From Candidatus Caldarchaeales archaeon (GTDB lineage: Archaea; Thermoproteota; Nitrososphaeria_A; Caldarchaeales; Calditenuaceae): a stretch of 64,000 nt of DNA. The position numbers and the translations under genes were made by a program. Below, in pieces: positions 48,983 through 58,788 of this stretch. The stretch covers positions 1-64,000 of the forward strand of contig JBCNVM010000005.1 of the NCBI GenBank assembly GCA_039630085.1, given 5' to 3'. Each line of letters opens with the position of its first letter. Within the stretch, counting starts at the first letter, position 1. Below the pieces are notes generated by a model. The model ran no database searches. It saw only the letters and a list, made by a program, of their open reading frames with translations, and was not told where the DNA came from.

Positions 48983-50149
48983 TCACCCTACCAGCGACTG
49001 GAGCCTCCTAAGGGCCTCGAGCTTCTCCCGGTCTCCTAGCCTCGCGGACTGAACCGCCTCTCGGAGGACCTCCGCGTTCCTGAGCATCGCCCTCCTGTCG
49101 ACCCAGTAGGGCCTTCCGCTCTTCGTCCCGTGGGCGTACGCAAACTTGACCGGGTCACGCCACGAGAGCTTAGTGCCGTAGACGAGCGCCGAGACGTACG
49201 CGAGCCCCCTGACCGTCGCGGGCCCCACTCCCTTCACCGTGAGGAGCTCTTCGAAGCTCTCGACGCCCTTCGCCCTCCTGATCGCGTCTTCGTCGAGCGA
49301 CCTCGGCGGGAGGAGGTGCTTGGGGACCTCGGCTCCGGAGAAGGGTCCGGCCTCCCTGTCGAGGAGCCTCTGGCCCTTGAGGAGGGCCCTAGCCTGCGCG
49401 AGGTCCTCGTTGAGCCTCGTCACGGGGGTGTCCTTCAGCATCTCGACCACCGCGTCCCTCGTCTCCCTCGACTCGGGGCTGGTCATGTCGAGCACCGCGG
49501 CCTCGCACCTCTCGGCGACGATCGAGGTGTGCGGCCTCTCGGCTGAGGCTCCCCTCTCCGAGGACCAGTGGTACCGCCTCGCGAGCCCGGCCTCGACGTT
49601 CATCCCCTGGTTGATCGCCGCCCAGCTTCCCTCCTCAGAGACTACCATCGCGTGGAAGTAGACGGCGTAGGAGTCCTGGAGGGCGGAGTCGTCGACGCTG
49701 CACGTCAGCCTCGAGACGACGGCCAGCTCGTCCCTGTCCCTGAGGCCCATCTCGCGGCCCAGCCTCTCGAGCTCGTAAGGAACCCACCTCATCTCCTCGC
49801 CCTTCCCGCCGACCACCTTCACCGGCACGTCAGCGCCCCTGAGTCCCTCCTTGAGCGCCTTCAGCGTGACCGTCGTCTGGCCGCTGGTGTCCCACTCGAA
49901 ACCCAAAACGCACGCGAGGGCGGTCAGCCACGCGGGGTCCGAGAACCTCCTCACCGTCTCCTCGGGCCCGTGCACCTCGACGAGGGCCCTGACTATCCCC
50001 CTCCCCAGCTCGACCATCTCCCTGAAGTGAGGCACCGGCCCCGAGACCAGCCAGAGCCTCGCCTCCCCTACCCTCCTCACCGGCACTAATTCCGCCGCTC
50101 CGGATTTAGGATTTACCGGCCGGCTGAGCTGAAGGGCGTCCGTTCCCAT
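48983..50149 (-). CDS. DUF763 family protein
   Basis: 'RFSDP.W', 'W.TSG.TT', 'D.SALQD.Y', 'QGMN....ARRYHW', 'DPVKF.YAHG.K.G.P'. Confidence 0.85.
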   Translation of the reverse strand: MGTDALQLSRPVNPKSGAAELVPVRRVGEARLWLVSGPVPHFREMVELGRGIVRALVEVHGPEETVRRFSDPAWLTALACVLGFEWDTSGQTTVTLKALKEGLRGADVPVKVVGGKGEEMRWVPYELERLGREMGLRDRDELAVVSRLTCSVDDSALQDSYAVYFHAMVVSEEGSWAAINQGMNVEAGLARRYHWSSERGASAERPHTSIVAERCEAAVLDMTSPESRETRDAVVEMLKDTPVTRLNEDLAQARALLKGQRLLDREAGPFSGAEVPKHLLPPRSLDEDAIRRAKGVESFEELLTVKGVGPATVRGLAYVSALVYGTKLSWRDPVKFAYAHGTKSGRPYWVDRRAMLRNAEVLREAVQSARLGDREKLEALRRLQSLVG

Positions 50150-50189
50150 TGCGAAAAACGTTCAAATCCTCTGGCCGGTCTGTGGCAAC

Positions 50190-50516
50190 GTGGCCGAACC
50201 GAGGGGGCCCAGGCTCGTGGCCTTAGAGCTGCAGTCGCCCGAGGACCTCTTCAGGCTGGCCTCCCTCCTGCCGGCGCCGTTCGTCAACTACTCGGCCGAC
50301 GAGGGTGTCGTCTTCATACCCCTGGGCGGGCTGAGCAGGGCCGGGACCGTCTACTTCGCGAGGGTCGGCGGCGAGCTGAGGTCGAGGTTCGCGCACGTCA
50401 ACAGGCTCAGGGGAACGGTGAGCTTCGGGGACGAGGCCTCCCTCGAGCCGAACGTGGTCAACGTCGAGATAATCAGGGTCAAGTCCCACAACGTCCCCAT
50501 TCCGAGGTCAAAGTAG
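50190..50516 (+). CDS. Hypothetical protein (small crenarchaeal-type family)
   Basis: Host-like codon usage; 'SPEDL.RLA' motif. Confidence 0.6.
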   Translation: MAEPRGPRLVALELQSPEDLFRLASLLPAPFVNYSADEGVVFIPLGGLSRAGTVYFARVGGELRSRFAHVNRLRGTVSFGDEASLEPNVVNVEIIRVKSHNVPIPRSK

Positions 50517-51080
50517 GCCGCGCCTGCTGAACTTCCTCCTCTGGGCGTACTGGTCGAGGTACCTGTAGACCGCGCTGTGCGGAGACCCCTGGACCAGCAT
50601 CGTCACTGCCCTCACCGCGGCCTCGACGTCCTCCGGATGCCCCATTATCGCGACCCTGTCGCCCTGGATCGCGACGTCCACGTGCGCCGTCTCCTCGATG
50701 ATCCTCTTCGTCTTCCCCTGCGCGCCTATCACCCTGCCCATCACCCTCCTGACGTCCCCGGGGTCCTTCCCGACGAACTCGGAGACGTCCACCACCGCGA
50801 GGGCCACGTTGTCGCTGGCGAGCTTCATCGCGGCCTCGGGTTTGAAGCCGCTGGCTATCGCGGTCACCATGTCCCTCGCCTTGAACAGAGCCACCGGGTC
50901 TCCTCCCTCGGACGGAGGCCTCGCGAGCCTGATCTCGACCCTGCCGTTGGGGCTGTCGACGTTCAGCAGCACGCCCAGCAGCTCCTCGATCTCCCTCTTC
51001 GTGGATCCCCCGGGCCCCATCAGGACGGCGACCCTCTCCGGGGGCACCGTGACGTAGAAGACCTGCTCGTGCCCCGCCAT
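50508..51080 (-). CDS. KH-domain RNA-processing protein (Dim2/Pno1)
   Basis: 'G.GGSTK..IEE', 'GF.PE.A', 'GRVIG..GKTK.IIEE', 'GSPHS.VY'. Confidence 0.9.
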   Translation of the reverse strand: MAGHEQVFYVTVPPERVAVLMGPGGSTKREIEELLGVLLNVDSPNGRVEIRLARPPSEGGDPVALFKARDMVTAIASGFKPEAAMKLASDNVALAVVDVSEFVGKDPGDVRRVMGRVIGAQGKTKRIIEETAHVDVAIQGDRVAIMGHPEDVEAAVRAVTMLVQGSPHSAVYRYLDQYAQRRKFSRRGLL

Positions 51081-51174
51081 GGCTCCACCGAATCCCCGCC
51101 GCCTCGGTATTCAAGCATTAGATCCGTGATCGCTCAGGCTGGCTGGAAAGGGAAAATACGCCCCAGGCGGTCCA

Positions 51175-51993
51175 GTGGAGGGGTCGGGCTTGCTCCCGCC
51201 GCTCGAGGGGTTCATGCTGAGGGCCTACGTCGCGGGCCTCATAGTCGCGGTGATCCTCCCGACGGTCGGGAACTTCGTGGTCCCAAAGAGGCTCTCGATG
51301 ATCGGCGACACCGCGGCCCACGTGACGTTCGGAGCTCTGGCGGCCGCGGCCCTCCTCGAGGTCGCTTCCGTGGACGCCCTGCTCTACGGCGTCACCGCGC
51401 TCTCGGTGCTCGGAGTCCTCTGGATGGTAAGGTCCCTCGGCTACTCGGGCGACACGGCCGCGGCGATTTTCTTGGCCCTTGGGGCCGCGACCGCCTCGAT
51501 CGCCTACAGCCTCGGGTCGAGGCTCAGCGTTCAAGGCATCCTCTTTGGCTCGATCCTGCTGGTCGGGTGGGAGGAGATCGCGTCCGCGGCCGTCGTCCTC
51601 GGGGTGATCCTAGGAACCCTCGCGGTCCGTTACAGGGCTCTCCAACTCTACGTCCTCAGCGGCGAACTCGTCAGGCTGAGGGGGCACAGGCCGGAGTACG
51701 TCGAGGCGCTGCTCGCGGTGTTAACCTCCATGGCCGTGGTGAGCTCGATCAGGCTCCTGGGAGTCCTAATGGTCACCGCGCTCACGATCATCCCCGTCGC
51801 CGCTGCCTCGAGCGTCGCCACGTCGATGAAGAGGTGCATCGCGCTATCGGTCGCGATCGCCCAGGCGTCCGTCTTCTCCGGGGTCACGCTCTCCTACTAT
51901 GTCGGCTTCCCGCCGGGCGCGATGACTGTCCTCGCGGCGCTCGCGGCTCTGGTCGTGACCTCCTCCCTCTCGAGGGCCGGGGTGAGGGCCTGA
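51175..51993 (+). CDS. Metal (Zn/Mn) ABC transporter permease
   Basis: 'SMIGDT.AH', 'LFGSIL', 'G.LMV.AL.IIP'. Confidence 0.88.
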   Translation: MEGSGLLPPLEGFMLRAYVAGLIVAVILPTVGNFVVPKRLSMIGDTAAHVTFGALAAAALLEVASVDALLYGVTALSVLGVLWMVRSLGYSGDTAAAIFLALGAATASIAYSLGSRLSVQGILFGSILLVGWEEIASAAVVLGVILGTLAVRYRALQLYVLSGELVRLRGHRPEYVEALLAVLTSMAVVSSIRLLGVLMVTALTIIPVAAASSVATSMKRCIALSVAIAQASVFSGVTLSYYVGFPPGAMTVLAALAALVVTSSLSRAGVRA

Positions 51994-51994
51994 G

Positions 51995-53206
51995 TTGACC
52001 CGCTTCCCGATCGCCGCAGCCCTCGCGTTAGCGGCCGCCCTCCTCTCGCCGCACCTCCAGCCCGCCCTCTCGTCCCCGTCTCTGGTCGTCTTGGTCCTGA
52101 ACGCCGAGCACGTCGTTCACGAGCTCAGGGTAGTGATAGAGGGGCCGATGGGGACGCTCGCCTACGAGGGGAGGACATCGGTCACGCTCTCGGGGGTCAT
52201 CAGGGGCGTCTACAGGATCTCGGTGTACTGGAGGTCCCACCTGATCGCCTCGAGGGCGGTCGCGGTAAACGTCGAGAACGTCGTCGAGACGATCGAGCTG
52301 CCGTTCTTCGACTTCGCGCTGAGGGTCGTAGACCTGAACGGCGCGGAGCTGCCTGGCCCCTTTGCGGTCAAAGTCGAACCTCCGGACGCGCTCGGGGAGG
52401 TCAGGGTCGTCGGCGGCTCGATCCTCTTCAGGAACGCGCTGAGGACGCTCCACTACTCGGTGTCTGTCGAGTGGGAGAGCAGGGTCTACAACAGGAAGGC
52501 CCTCGGAGTAGGAGCGGGGTCGGGCGAGGACCTGAGCAGGAGGGGCGTCGTCGTTCTCCCCGTCGGCGACGTTAGGGTCACGGTGATAGACCGGGGAGGC
52601 AAAGGGATCGGCGGGGCTGTCGTCAGGGCGATGGGCGTAAGCTCCGCGACCGACGATGGCGGCGCGGTTGTCCTCAGGAGGGTGCCGCTTGAGGGGCCGG
52701 AGGGGCCGAACAGCCTCCCGGTGACCGTGACCTACGAGGGCTACGAGGTCGCCAGCGAGGTCCTCCTGCTCAGGAGGGAGGTCAGGTCGTTCACCGTGAC
52801 CGCGTCGGTCTACGAGTTGACCGTCTCCGTGCTCGGCGCGAACGGCCAACCGCTTCCGGGTGCTAAGGCATCGCTCGTCAGGGAAGGGTCCGAGGTCGGT
52901 ACGGCTTTCGCGGACCTTGGAGGCGTCGCGAGGCTCAGCAGGGTCATTCCGGTCAAGCACTTCCTAAGGGTCGATTACAAGGGCCTCTCCGCGGTCAAGG
53001 AGCTCTCGCCAGAGGCGGTGAGGCGCGGGTCGGCCGAGGTGAGGCTCCCGGTGTACGTCGAGATCGGTGGCGTCCCGTTCACGTTCGAGCAGCTCGTCGG
53101 CCTCATCGTCGGCACGGCGGGCGCCGTCGCCTCGATCGTTATCGGGATAACCCTCCTCGTCAAGTCCAAGACCAGGAAGCTGCGGGTCGCGGGGCCTATC
53201 TGCTGA
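51995..53206 (+). CDS. Secreted, C-terminally membrane-anchored beta-sandwich repeat protein
   Basis: Signal peptide; repeats 'V.V.D..G..(L/I).GA.V...TD..G'; C-terminal TM with basic tail. Confidence 0.75.
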   Translation: MTRFPIAAALALAAALLSPHLQPALSSPSLVVLVLNAEHVVHELRVVIEGPMGTLAYEGRTSVTLSGVIRGVYRISVYWRSHLIASRAVAVNVENVVETIELPFFDFALRVVDLNGAELPGPFAVKVEPPDALGEVRVVGGSILFRNALRTLHYSVSVEWESRVYNRKALGVGAGSGEDLSRRGVVVLPVGDVRVTVIDRGGKGIGGAVVRAMGVSSATDDGGAVVLRRVPLEGPEGPNSLPVTVTYEGYEVASEVLLLRREVRSFTVTASVYELTVSVLGANGQPLPGAKASLVREGSEVGTAFADLGGVARLSRVIPVKHFLRVDYKGLSAVKELSPEAVRRGSAEVRLPVYVEIGGVPFTFEQLVGLIVGTAGAVASIVIGITLLVKSKTRKLRVAGPIC

Positions 53207-54065
53207 CCGGGTGCCACTGCCTCGGGTAGCGCCAGTCGGAGCCGTGGGACCTGAACCCGACCCTGAAGACCTCGGGCATCATCCGCTTGTGCTGGCTCGA
53301 CCTGACCATCCTCTCGACCCTCTCCACCAGCGAAACGTCCACCCCCAGCTCCTCCGCCACCTTCTGTGATTCCTTCCACATGTCGAACCTGAGGTAGAGG
53401 ATGCTGTCGAGGAGCTCGTAGCTCATCCCGATCTCGTCGGCCGCGAGGTGGTCCTTCCAGAGCCTAGGAGAGGGCGGCTTCGTCAGGACCCTCTCCGGTA
53501 TTCCCATGTGCCTCCCGAGCTGCCTCACCTGCGTCTTGTAGAGGTCCGCGATGGGCATCACGTCGACCCCGGCGTCGCCGTACTTGGTGAAGTAACCGAT
53601 CGTCAGCTCGGACTTGTCGCTGGTCCCGATGACGAGGCTGTCCGTGCTCGCGGCGACCGCGTGGAGGAAGACCATCCTCACCCTCGCGGCGACGTTGCCC
53701 TTGATGACCTTGTCAGCAACTCCCGCCCTCGCGGATATCTCCTCCACGACCGAGTCCACGTCGATGACCCTGTAGTTGGACTCTGGGATCGAGAGCTCCC
53801 TCACGACCGTCAGGGCGTCCTCCAGGTCCTCCTCCGGTGTGACCGAGGTCGGCAGTATTAGGCACCTCACCCTCTCCGGACCGAGCGCCCTCACCGCGAG
53901 GTACGCGGTCACCGTCGAGTCCAGTCCCCCGCTCAGCCCGATCACACCCCCGGACTTCCCGGCGTGGTCGAGGACGTACTGCCTCAGCCGCCTCGTGAGG
54001 TAGTCAGCGACGAACTCCGCGTCGATCTCGAGCTCCCTTATCGGGATCTGCCGCAAATCCCGCAC
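53196..54065 (-). CDS. nadE: NH3-dependent NAD+ synthetase
   Basis: 'GLSGGLDS', 'GN..ARVRM', 'GYFTKYGD', 'DLYKTQV', 'KPPSP.L', 'QHKR'. Confidence 0.95.
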   Translation of the reverse strand: MRDLRQIPIRELEIDAEFVADYLTRRLRQYVLDHAGKSGGVIGLSGGLDSTVTAYLAVRALGPERVRCLILPTSVTPEEDLEDALTVVRELSIPESNYRVIDVDSVVEEISARAGVADKVIKGNVAARVRMVFLHAVAASTDSLVIGTSDKSELTIGYFTKYGDAGVDVMPIADLYKTQVRQLGRHMGIPERVLTKPPSPRLWKDHLAADEIGMSYELLDSILYLRFDMWKESQKVAEELGVDVSLVERVERMVRSSQHKRMMPEVFRVGFRSHGSDWRYPRQWHPVSR

Positions 54066-54116
54066 GCTAAGGCCGGGCCCATCCTAAAAATCTAACCCGA
54101 GAGGCACTAGGGCACG

Positions 54117-55685
54117 GTGACGCAGGAGGTCGGGAGGTCAATACCGAAGGCGATGGCCTCGCAGCACCCAGACCACGTCTCGGCGCCTCCTTGGTCCAAC
54201 GACCCGATGATCGCGGGGGAGGACGAGGTCGTCGAGGTCTACTGGGCGTACGCGGAGTACGGCGCGGACGAGGTGATGTGGGACGCGGAGGGGAAGGACA
54301 TAGACCCACACGTCCTGAGGAAGCTCATCGCCTCGTACCCGGACTACTTCAGGTCGAGGAGGCTCGGGAGGGATGTCTACCTCACCTTCAGGCTCCCGAA
54401 CCCATCGATCGAGGTCGTCGAGCGCAAGGTCTTCCTCGAGACGCTCCAGTCTATCCCGAGACACAACGATGTCGCCAGGGCCTTCTACGGCGACGACGGG
54501 CCTCCAGCGGTCTTCGAGGTGATCCTGCCCTTCACGACCAGCCACGTCGAGCTCCTCAGGGTCGGGGAGAGCTACAGGAAGGCCGTCGCCGTGCCCCTGA
54601 GGGAGCGGATCGACTTCCAGGGAACTAGGCTCGCGGACTGGGTCGGCGAGATCGAGCCGGAGTCGGTGGAGGTCATACCCCTGGTCGAGGACATAGGGAC
54701 GGTATCGATGCTCGAGCAGCTTCTGGTGAAGTACGCGGAGCTCGTGGGCCCGAGGTACCTCAGGGTGTTCCTGGCCAGGTCTGACCCCGCGATGAACTAC
54801 GGGTTCGTAACCGCAGTCCTCCTGGCGAAGTACGGCCTCTGGGCCTGCAGGAGGGCCTCCGAGCAGCTCGGGATACCGGTCTTCCCCATCATAGGCGCCG
54901 GCTCGCTCCCGTTCAGGGGCCACAACTCCCCGGAGAACGTCGAGGGCTTCGCGGAGGAGTACAGGGGCGTGCACACGGTAACGGTCCAGTCGGCGTTCAG
55001 GTACGACTACCCGATCGATCAGGCGAGGTCGGCGGTCTCGAGGCTGAAGTCTGCGCTCCCCGGCGGAGAGGCGAGAGAGGTCGATAGGGAGTTGATGATG
55101 AGGGTCGCCGCCAAGCTGGTCCCGGCGTTCCAGAGCAGCGTCGAGGCGGCCGCGAGGGCGATAAACCTCGTCGCTTCTTATGTCCCGCCGAGGAGGGCGA
55201 GGAGGCAGCACGTCGGGCTCTTCGGTTACAGCAGGAGGGTGGGATCGATCGCGCTGCCAAGGGCGATCCCGTTCACCGCGGCGCTCTACTCGATCGGGCT
55301 GCCGCCGGAGTTCATCGGCCTCAGAGCGCTGAGCTCTCTCAGCGAGGAGGAGTTCGACTTTCTCATGGAGACGCACGTCAACATCAGGGAGGACCTCGAG
55401 GCCGCCGCGAGGCGGGTCAGCTGGGAGAGCGTCTCCCTCTTCAGCGAGAACAGGGAGGAGGCGAGGAGCGCGTTCGGCCCCGAGTTCGTCGAGCGGTTCG
55501 TCCCGAGCTACGTCGAGGACCTCAGCACAGCCGAGGAGACGCTCGGCGTGAAGGCCGGCCCGCGATCCCTCTCCGACAGGGTCTACCTCAACGCCGTCGA
55601 GAGCGTCGCGGTCTCCCTCCTCACCGGGCTCGACCCGAGGCAGGAGCTCATCAGGGCCGCATCGCTGCGCCGCTCCCTCGGGTGA
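54117..55685 (+). CDS. ppcA: Archaeal phosphoenolpyruvate carboxylase
   Basis: 'SQHPD', 'MWD.EGK', 'RVFLARSDPAMNYG', 'GSLPFRG', 'QSAFRYD', 'LPRAI.FT', 'R.SLG'. Confidence 0.95.
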   Translation: MTQEVGRSIPKAMASQHPDHVSAPPWSNDPMIAGEDEVVEVYWAYAEYGADEVMWDAEGKDIDPHVLRKLIASYPDYFRSRRLGRDVYLTFRLPNPSIEVVERKVFLETLQSIPRHNDVARAFYGDDGPPAVFEVILPFTTSHVELLRVGESYRKAVAVPLRERIDFQGTRLADWVGEIEPESVEVIPLVEDIGTVSMLEQLLVKYAELVGPRYLRVFLARSDPAMNYGFVTAVLLAKYGLWACRRASEQLGIPVFPIIGAGSLPFRGHNSPENVEGFAEEYRGVHTVTVQSAFRYDYPIDQARSAVSRLKSALPGGEAREVDRELMMRVAAKLVPAFQSSVEAAARAINLVASYVPPRRARRQHVGLFGYSRRVGSIALPRAIPFTAALYSIGLPPEFIGLRALSSLSEEEFDFLMETHVNIREDLEAAARRVSWESVSLFSENREEARSAFGPEFVERFVPSYVEDLSTAEETLGVKAGPRSLSDRVYLNAVESVAVSLLTGLDPRQELIRAASLRRSLG

Positions 55686-55729
55686 GCTCCGGTCCCGTCG
55701 GGTCCTGACAACGCTAAAGCCTGCGACGC

Positions 55730-56035
55730 GTGCCGGGTGCCGTGGCCTCTCAGCAGGGTGCGAAGAGGTACGTCGCGAGGCTCGAGGTCGAGAGTGGGGT
55801 CGCGGCGGACGTCGTCTCCGAGGTCCTGAGGAGGTTCGGGCGCTCGGTGACCGGGGTCTTCGTCGGCGGGGAAGCGGGAGGCTCCAGGGAGGTCTACGTG
55901 GAGCTGGAGTGCGAAGAGGTTGTCCTCGCGGAGTTCGTCGAGATTCTGAGGAGGAGGGGCGGGGTGAGCGCCCTCACGGTGAGGGGCCTTGAGGGGCTGA
56001 TGGACTTCGCTTCGCCCTGGAGGAGGGCCCTCTGA
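55730..56035 (+). CDS. Small ACT-like domain protein
   Basis: 101 aa with an alternating beta/alpha pattern; host-like codons. Confidence 0.5.
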   Translation: MPGAVASQQGAKRYVARLEVESGVAADVVSEVLRRFGRSVTGVFVGGEAGGSREVYVELECEEVVLAEFVEILRRRGGVSALTVRGLEGLMDFASPWRRAL

Positions 56036-56039
56036 CGCC

Positions 56040-56948
56040 TCAGGGCAGCTTCCTCCTGAGCCAGCCCATTATCGCGTCGATCGGGTTTACCGAGGGCGGG
56101 TTCGTGGAGATCTTCGGACCCGCGAGGGCCAGCGGGTGGTAGACCAGTCCGGTCCTCGAGGTCGAAGAGAGCTCGAAGTCCGGGGTCATCTCGAGGGCGT
56201 AGAACGGGCACGCGTCGACGCAGAACCCGCAGAAGACGCACCTGCCGTAGTCGACTGAGGGGAAGTAGGACTTCTTGTTGACAGGTATGTTCATGTTCCT
56301 CTTCTCGACCCGCAGGGTCACGGTGGCACCGTCCTTCGAGAGCTCGTAGACGGACCTGTCCGGAGACTCGTCCTTCACCAGCCTCACCTCGTAGCCCTCC
56401 GAGATCAGCGCCCTGAAGGGGTCCTCGAGGTAGTTCGTGACCAGCTGGTCGAGGCCGTGCGCCCAGACCGCGTCGGCGTTGAGCCTCATCGAGTACCCTG
56501 ACTGGCCCTTCGTCACGGCCTTGAGGTCCGTCAGGACCGGCGCGATCGGGTGCGAGAACCCTCCCCTGTATTCGTCCGAGATGTACCTGGTGAACCCCTC
56601 CGCGATCAGGTCGACGGCCCTAGTCACCGGAGAGCCCCTCTTCCCCAGCTCCGCGTAGGCCGGCTCGGCCATCTCGAGGTAGACGTCGTAGGCGTAGACC
56701 ATCGTTATCGCCTCGGCGATGTTCTGGCAAGCGATGTCGCAGAGGCTGCACCCAGTGCACTTGTCGATCCTCAGCAGGTGCCTGCCCTTCGACCCCGGAT
56801 AAGCGACCCCGGCCTTCGGGTCGTACCTGTAGTTCTCCTGGAGCGCGCTCGGAATCCGCTCGTAAGGGTACTTGAACGTGTAGGGCTTCGCGAAGACGTG
56901 CTTGGCCGCGGTCCAGAGGGGCCCCAGCACCTCCTTCAGCGTGACCAT
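56040..56948 (-). CDS. nuoI: NuoI-like 2x[4Fe-4S] subunit with a large internal insertion
   Basis: 'T..YP', 'GRH....KCTGCSLC..AC', 'DYGRCVFCGFCVDACP..AL.MT..FELS'; start at ATG 56948. Confidence 0.82.
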   Translation of the reverse strand: MVTLKEVLGPLWTAAKHVFAKPYTFKYPYERIPSALQENYRYDPKAGVAYPGSKGRHLLRIDKCTGCSLCDIACQNIAEAITMVYAYDVYLEMAEPAYAELGKRGSPVTRAVDLIAEGFTRYISDEYRGGFSHPIAPVLTDLKAVTKGQSGYSMRLNADAVWAHGLDQLVTNYLEDPFRALISEGYEVRLVKDESPDRSVYELSKDGATVTLRVEKRNMNIPVNKKSYFPSVDYGRCVFCGFCVDACPFYALEMTPDFELSSTSRTGLVYHPLALAGPKISTNPPSVNPIDAIMGWLRRKLP

Positions 56949-57051
56949 TCGGGACTCGCTCACACTCGCCGATAATAAATTGAACTGATGCACGTGCGTC
57001 CGGTCTGAGGCCGACGTTCAGGTTTTTATCAAGCGCGAGCGGGACGGCGAC

Positions 57052-57492
57052 GTGAAGTTCGAGGGCTCCTTCGAGCTCGACGCTCCACCCGAGAAGTTCT
57101 TCAGGGTCGCGAGCGACCCGAAGCAGTTCAGCAAGGCGATCCCCGACGTCAGGAGGGTCACGGTGATCGACGAGAGGCAGTTTGCCGTCGAGTTCGTGGT
57201 CTCCCTGGGTCCGATTAGGGGGAACATGAAGGTCGACTTCAGGTACGAGGACCTCACGCCCTACAGCAGGGTCGCGGTCGTGGGGAAGGGCGGCGGGCTC
57301 CAGTCGACGGTCAACGTGAGGATCGACGCACAGGTGGAGCCGACTGAGAGGGGTTCGAGGGTCAGGTGGGCCGCGGACCTTACGGTCGGCGGGCTGGTGG
57401 CCAGTGTGGGCGGGAGGTTGATCGAGAGCGTGACGAAGGAGAAGGTGACCGAGATCATAGAGAACCTGAGGAAGATGGTCGAGAAGGGTTGA
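57052..57492 (+). CDS. coxG: CoxG/SRPBCC family protein
   Basis: 'FEGSF...APPE', 'DP......IP', 'GG..ASVG.RLI'. Confidence 0.85.
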   Translation: MKFEGSFELDAPPEKFFRVASDPKQFSKAIPDVRRVTVIDERQFAVEFVVSLGPIRGNMKVDFRYEDLTPYSRVAVVGKGGGLQSTVNVRIDAQVEPTERGSRVRWAADLTVGGLVASVGGRLIESVTKEKVTEIIENLRKMVEKG

Positions 57493-57506
57493 TGCCCTGA
57501 CCCGCG

Positions 57507-58661
57507 TCAGCCCGTGATGCTGTGGTACCACCTCAGTATGTACTCCGGCAGCTTGAGTCCCCTCTCCTGCAGCCTCTCGACCAGCAGGATCGGCACGGGG
57601 CTGGTCGCGAACGCGGCCTTGATGTAGAAGTCGTTCGGCGCACCGGGCTCGGCGTCCGTCTCGATCCTGAAGGTGTGATCTGAGAGCGACTCGAGCGTCG
57701 TGTTGCTCTTCCCGACTATCGAGAGGACCGTTCCCCCGAGCTTCCTGAAGTTCCTGCACCACGAGACAACGACCTCGGTCTCACCGCTGTAGGATATCAC
57801 GAGGAGGACGTCCCCGGCCCGAGGAGGCGGCGTGCTCGACTCCCCCGCGACGTAGACCTGGTCGCCGATCGCCCTCTTCACGTGCCCGAGCCTCACGGCT
57901 ATCATCCTGCCCACCTCCCTCCCGCTCCCGAGACCCGCGAAGAAGGCGAGGTTCCTCCTCTCCAGGAGCTCGACGAGCGTCTTGGTGAAGTCGCTGCCGA
58001 CGAAGGACTCCGCGATGCCGTTGGTCTCGTTCATCAGCCTCTGTACCCTCTCCCTGATCTCGTAGGGCCTGCCGGTGTAGAGGGACTCCGCTATTGCCTG
58101 GAGGACGAGGCTAGCGCCGAGGATGAAGACGTCCTCGAGGATCCCGACGGACTTGAAGGCCGAAGTGTCGACCGCGTCCTCGTCGATCTCGCGGCCCCTC
58201 ACGGTCAGGCAGGTCCCGAAGTCCCTCCCCAGCCTGCCGAGCGGCGAGTTCGGGTCGCTCGTGACGACGTCCACGCTGAACTCCCTCCTCCTTCCGGTCT
58301 TGGTGATGTATAGCGCGAGCTTCTGGGCGTCCACCAGCGGCACCAGAGACCTCCCGCTCCCCGAGAGGACAAGCAGCGAGAGCTTGCCGTAGCGCTCCCA
58401 GAGGATGGGCGCAGCGCCGTCCATGTCCCGGTCGGGGAAGCCGACGTCGGCCCTGTCCATCACGACCTTCCCTCCCCTCATCTTCGCGATCTCGGAGCAG
58501 ACGATGCTCAGGGCGCCCTTGCTCCTCCCCTCGCCGTTGAGCACCACCACGCCGGCTCCCTTCAGCGACGCGTAGAGCGCTGCGGCCTCGTCCCAGTCGA
58601 CCTGCGAGACGTTCTCGAATACCTGGTTCATGTAACCGATGGAGCTCTTCGGGATCAGCAT
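57507..58661 (-). CDS. Tandem SIS-domain protein (Phi/HxlB-like sugar-phosphate isomerase)
   Basis: 'GEGRS...LSGSG.S' and 'AG.GSG...ISYSGET' in two halves. Confidence 0.75.
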   Translation of the reverse strand: MLIPKSSIGYMNQVFENVSQVDWDEAAALYASLKGAGVVVLNGEGRSKGALSIVCSEIAKMRGGKVVMDRADVGFPDRDMDGAAPILWERYGKLSLLVLSGSGRSLVPLVDAQKLALYITKTGRRREFSVDVVTSDPNSPLGRLGRDFGTCLTVRGREIDEDAVDTSAFKSVGILEDVFILGASLVLQAIAESLYTGRPYEIRERVQRLMNETNGIAESFVGSDFTKTLVELLERRNLAFFAGLGSGREVGRMIAVRLGHVKRAIGDQVYVAGESSTPPPRAGDVLLVISYSGETEVVVSWCRNFRKLGGTVLSIVGKSNTTLESLSDHTFRIETDAEPGAPNDFYIKAAFATSPVPILLVERLQERGLKLPEYILRWYHSITG

Positions 58662-58788
58662 CCCTCGGCCCTACCGGATCTCGCCGTGATTTAAGCATGG
58701 GAGCTCCGCAAGTGGATCGAGCGCGGCCTCGGGCTTCCGTATGGGTAACGTACCTTAATATAACGAGCGGAGCTGTAGTGCCCGGGAC

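Noticed and set aside
56290-56690. NuoI insertion as a possible intein
   Set aside because: No N-terminal Cys/Ser splice junction, no C-terminal His-Asn followed by C/S/T, and no LAGLIDADG motif.
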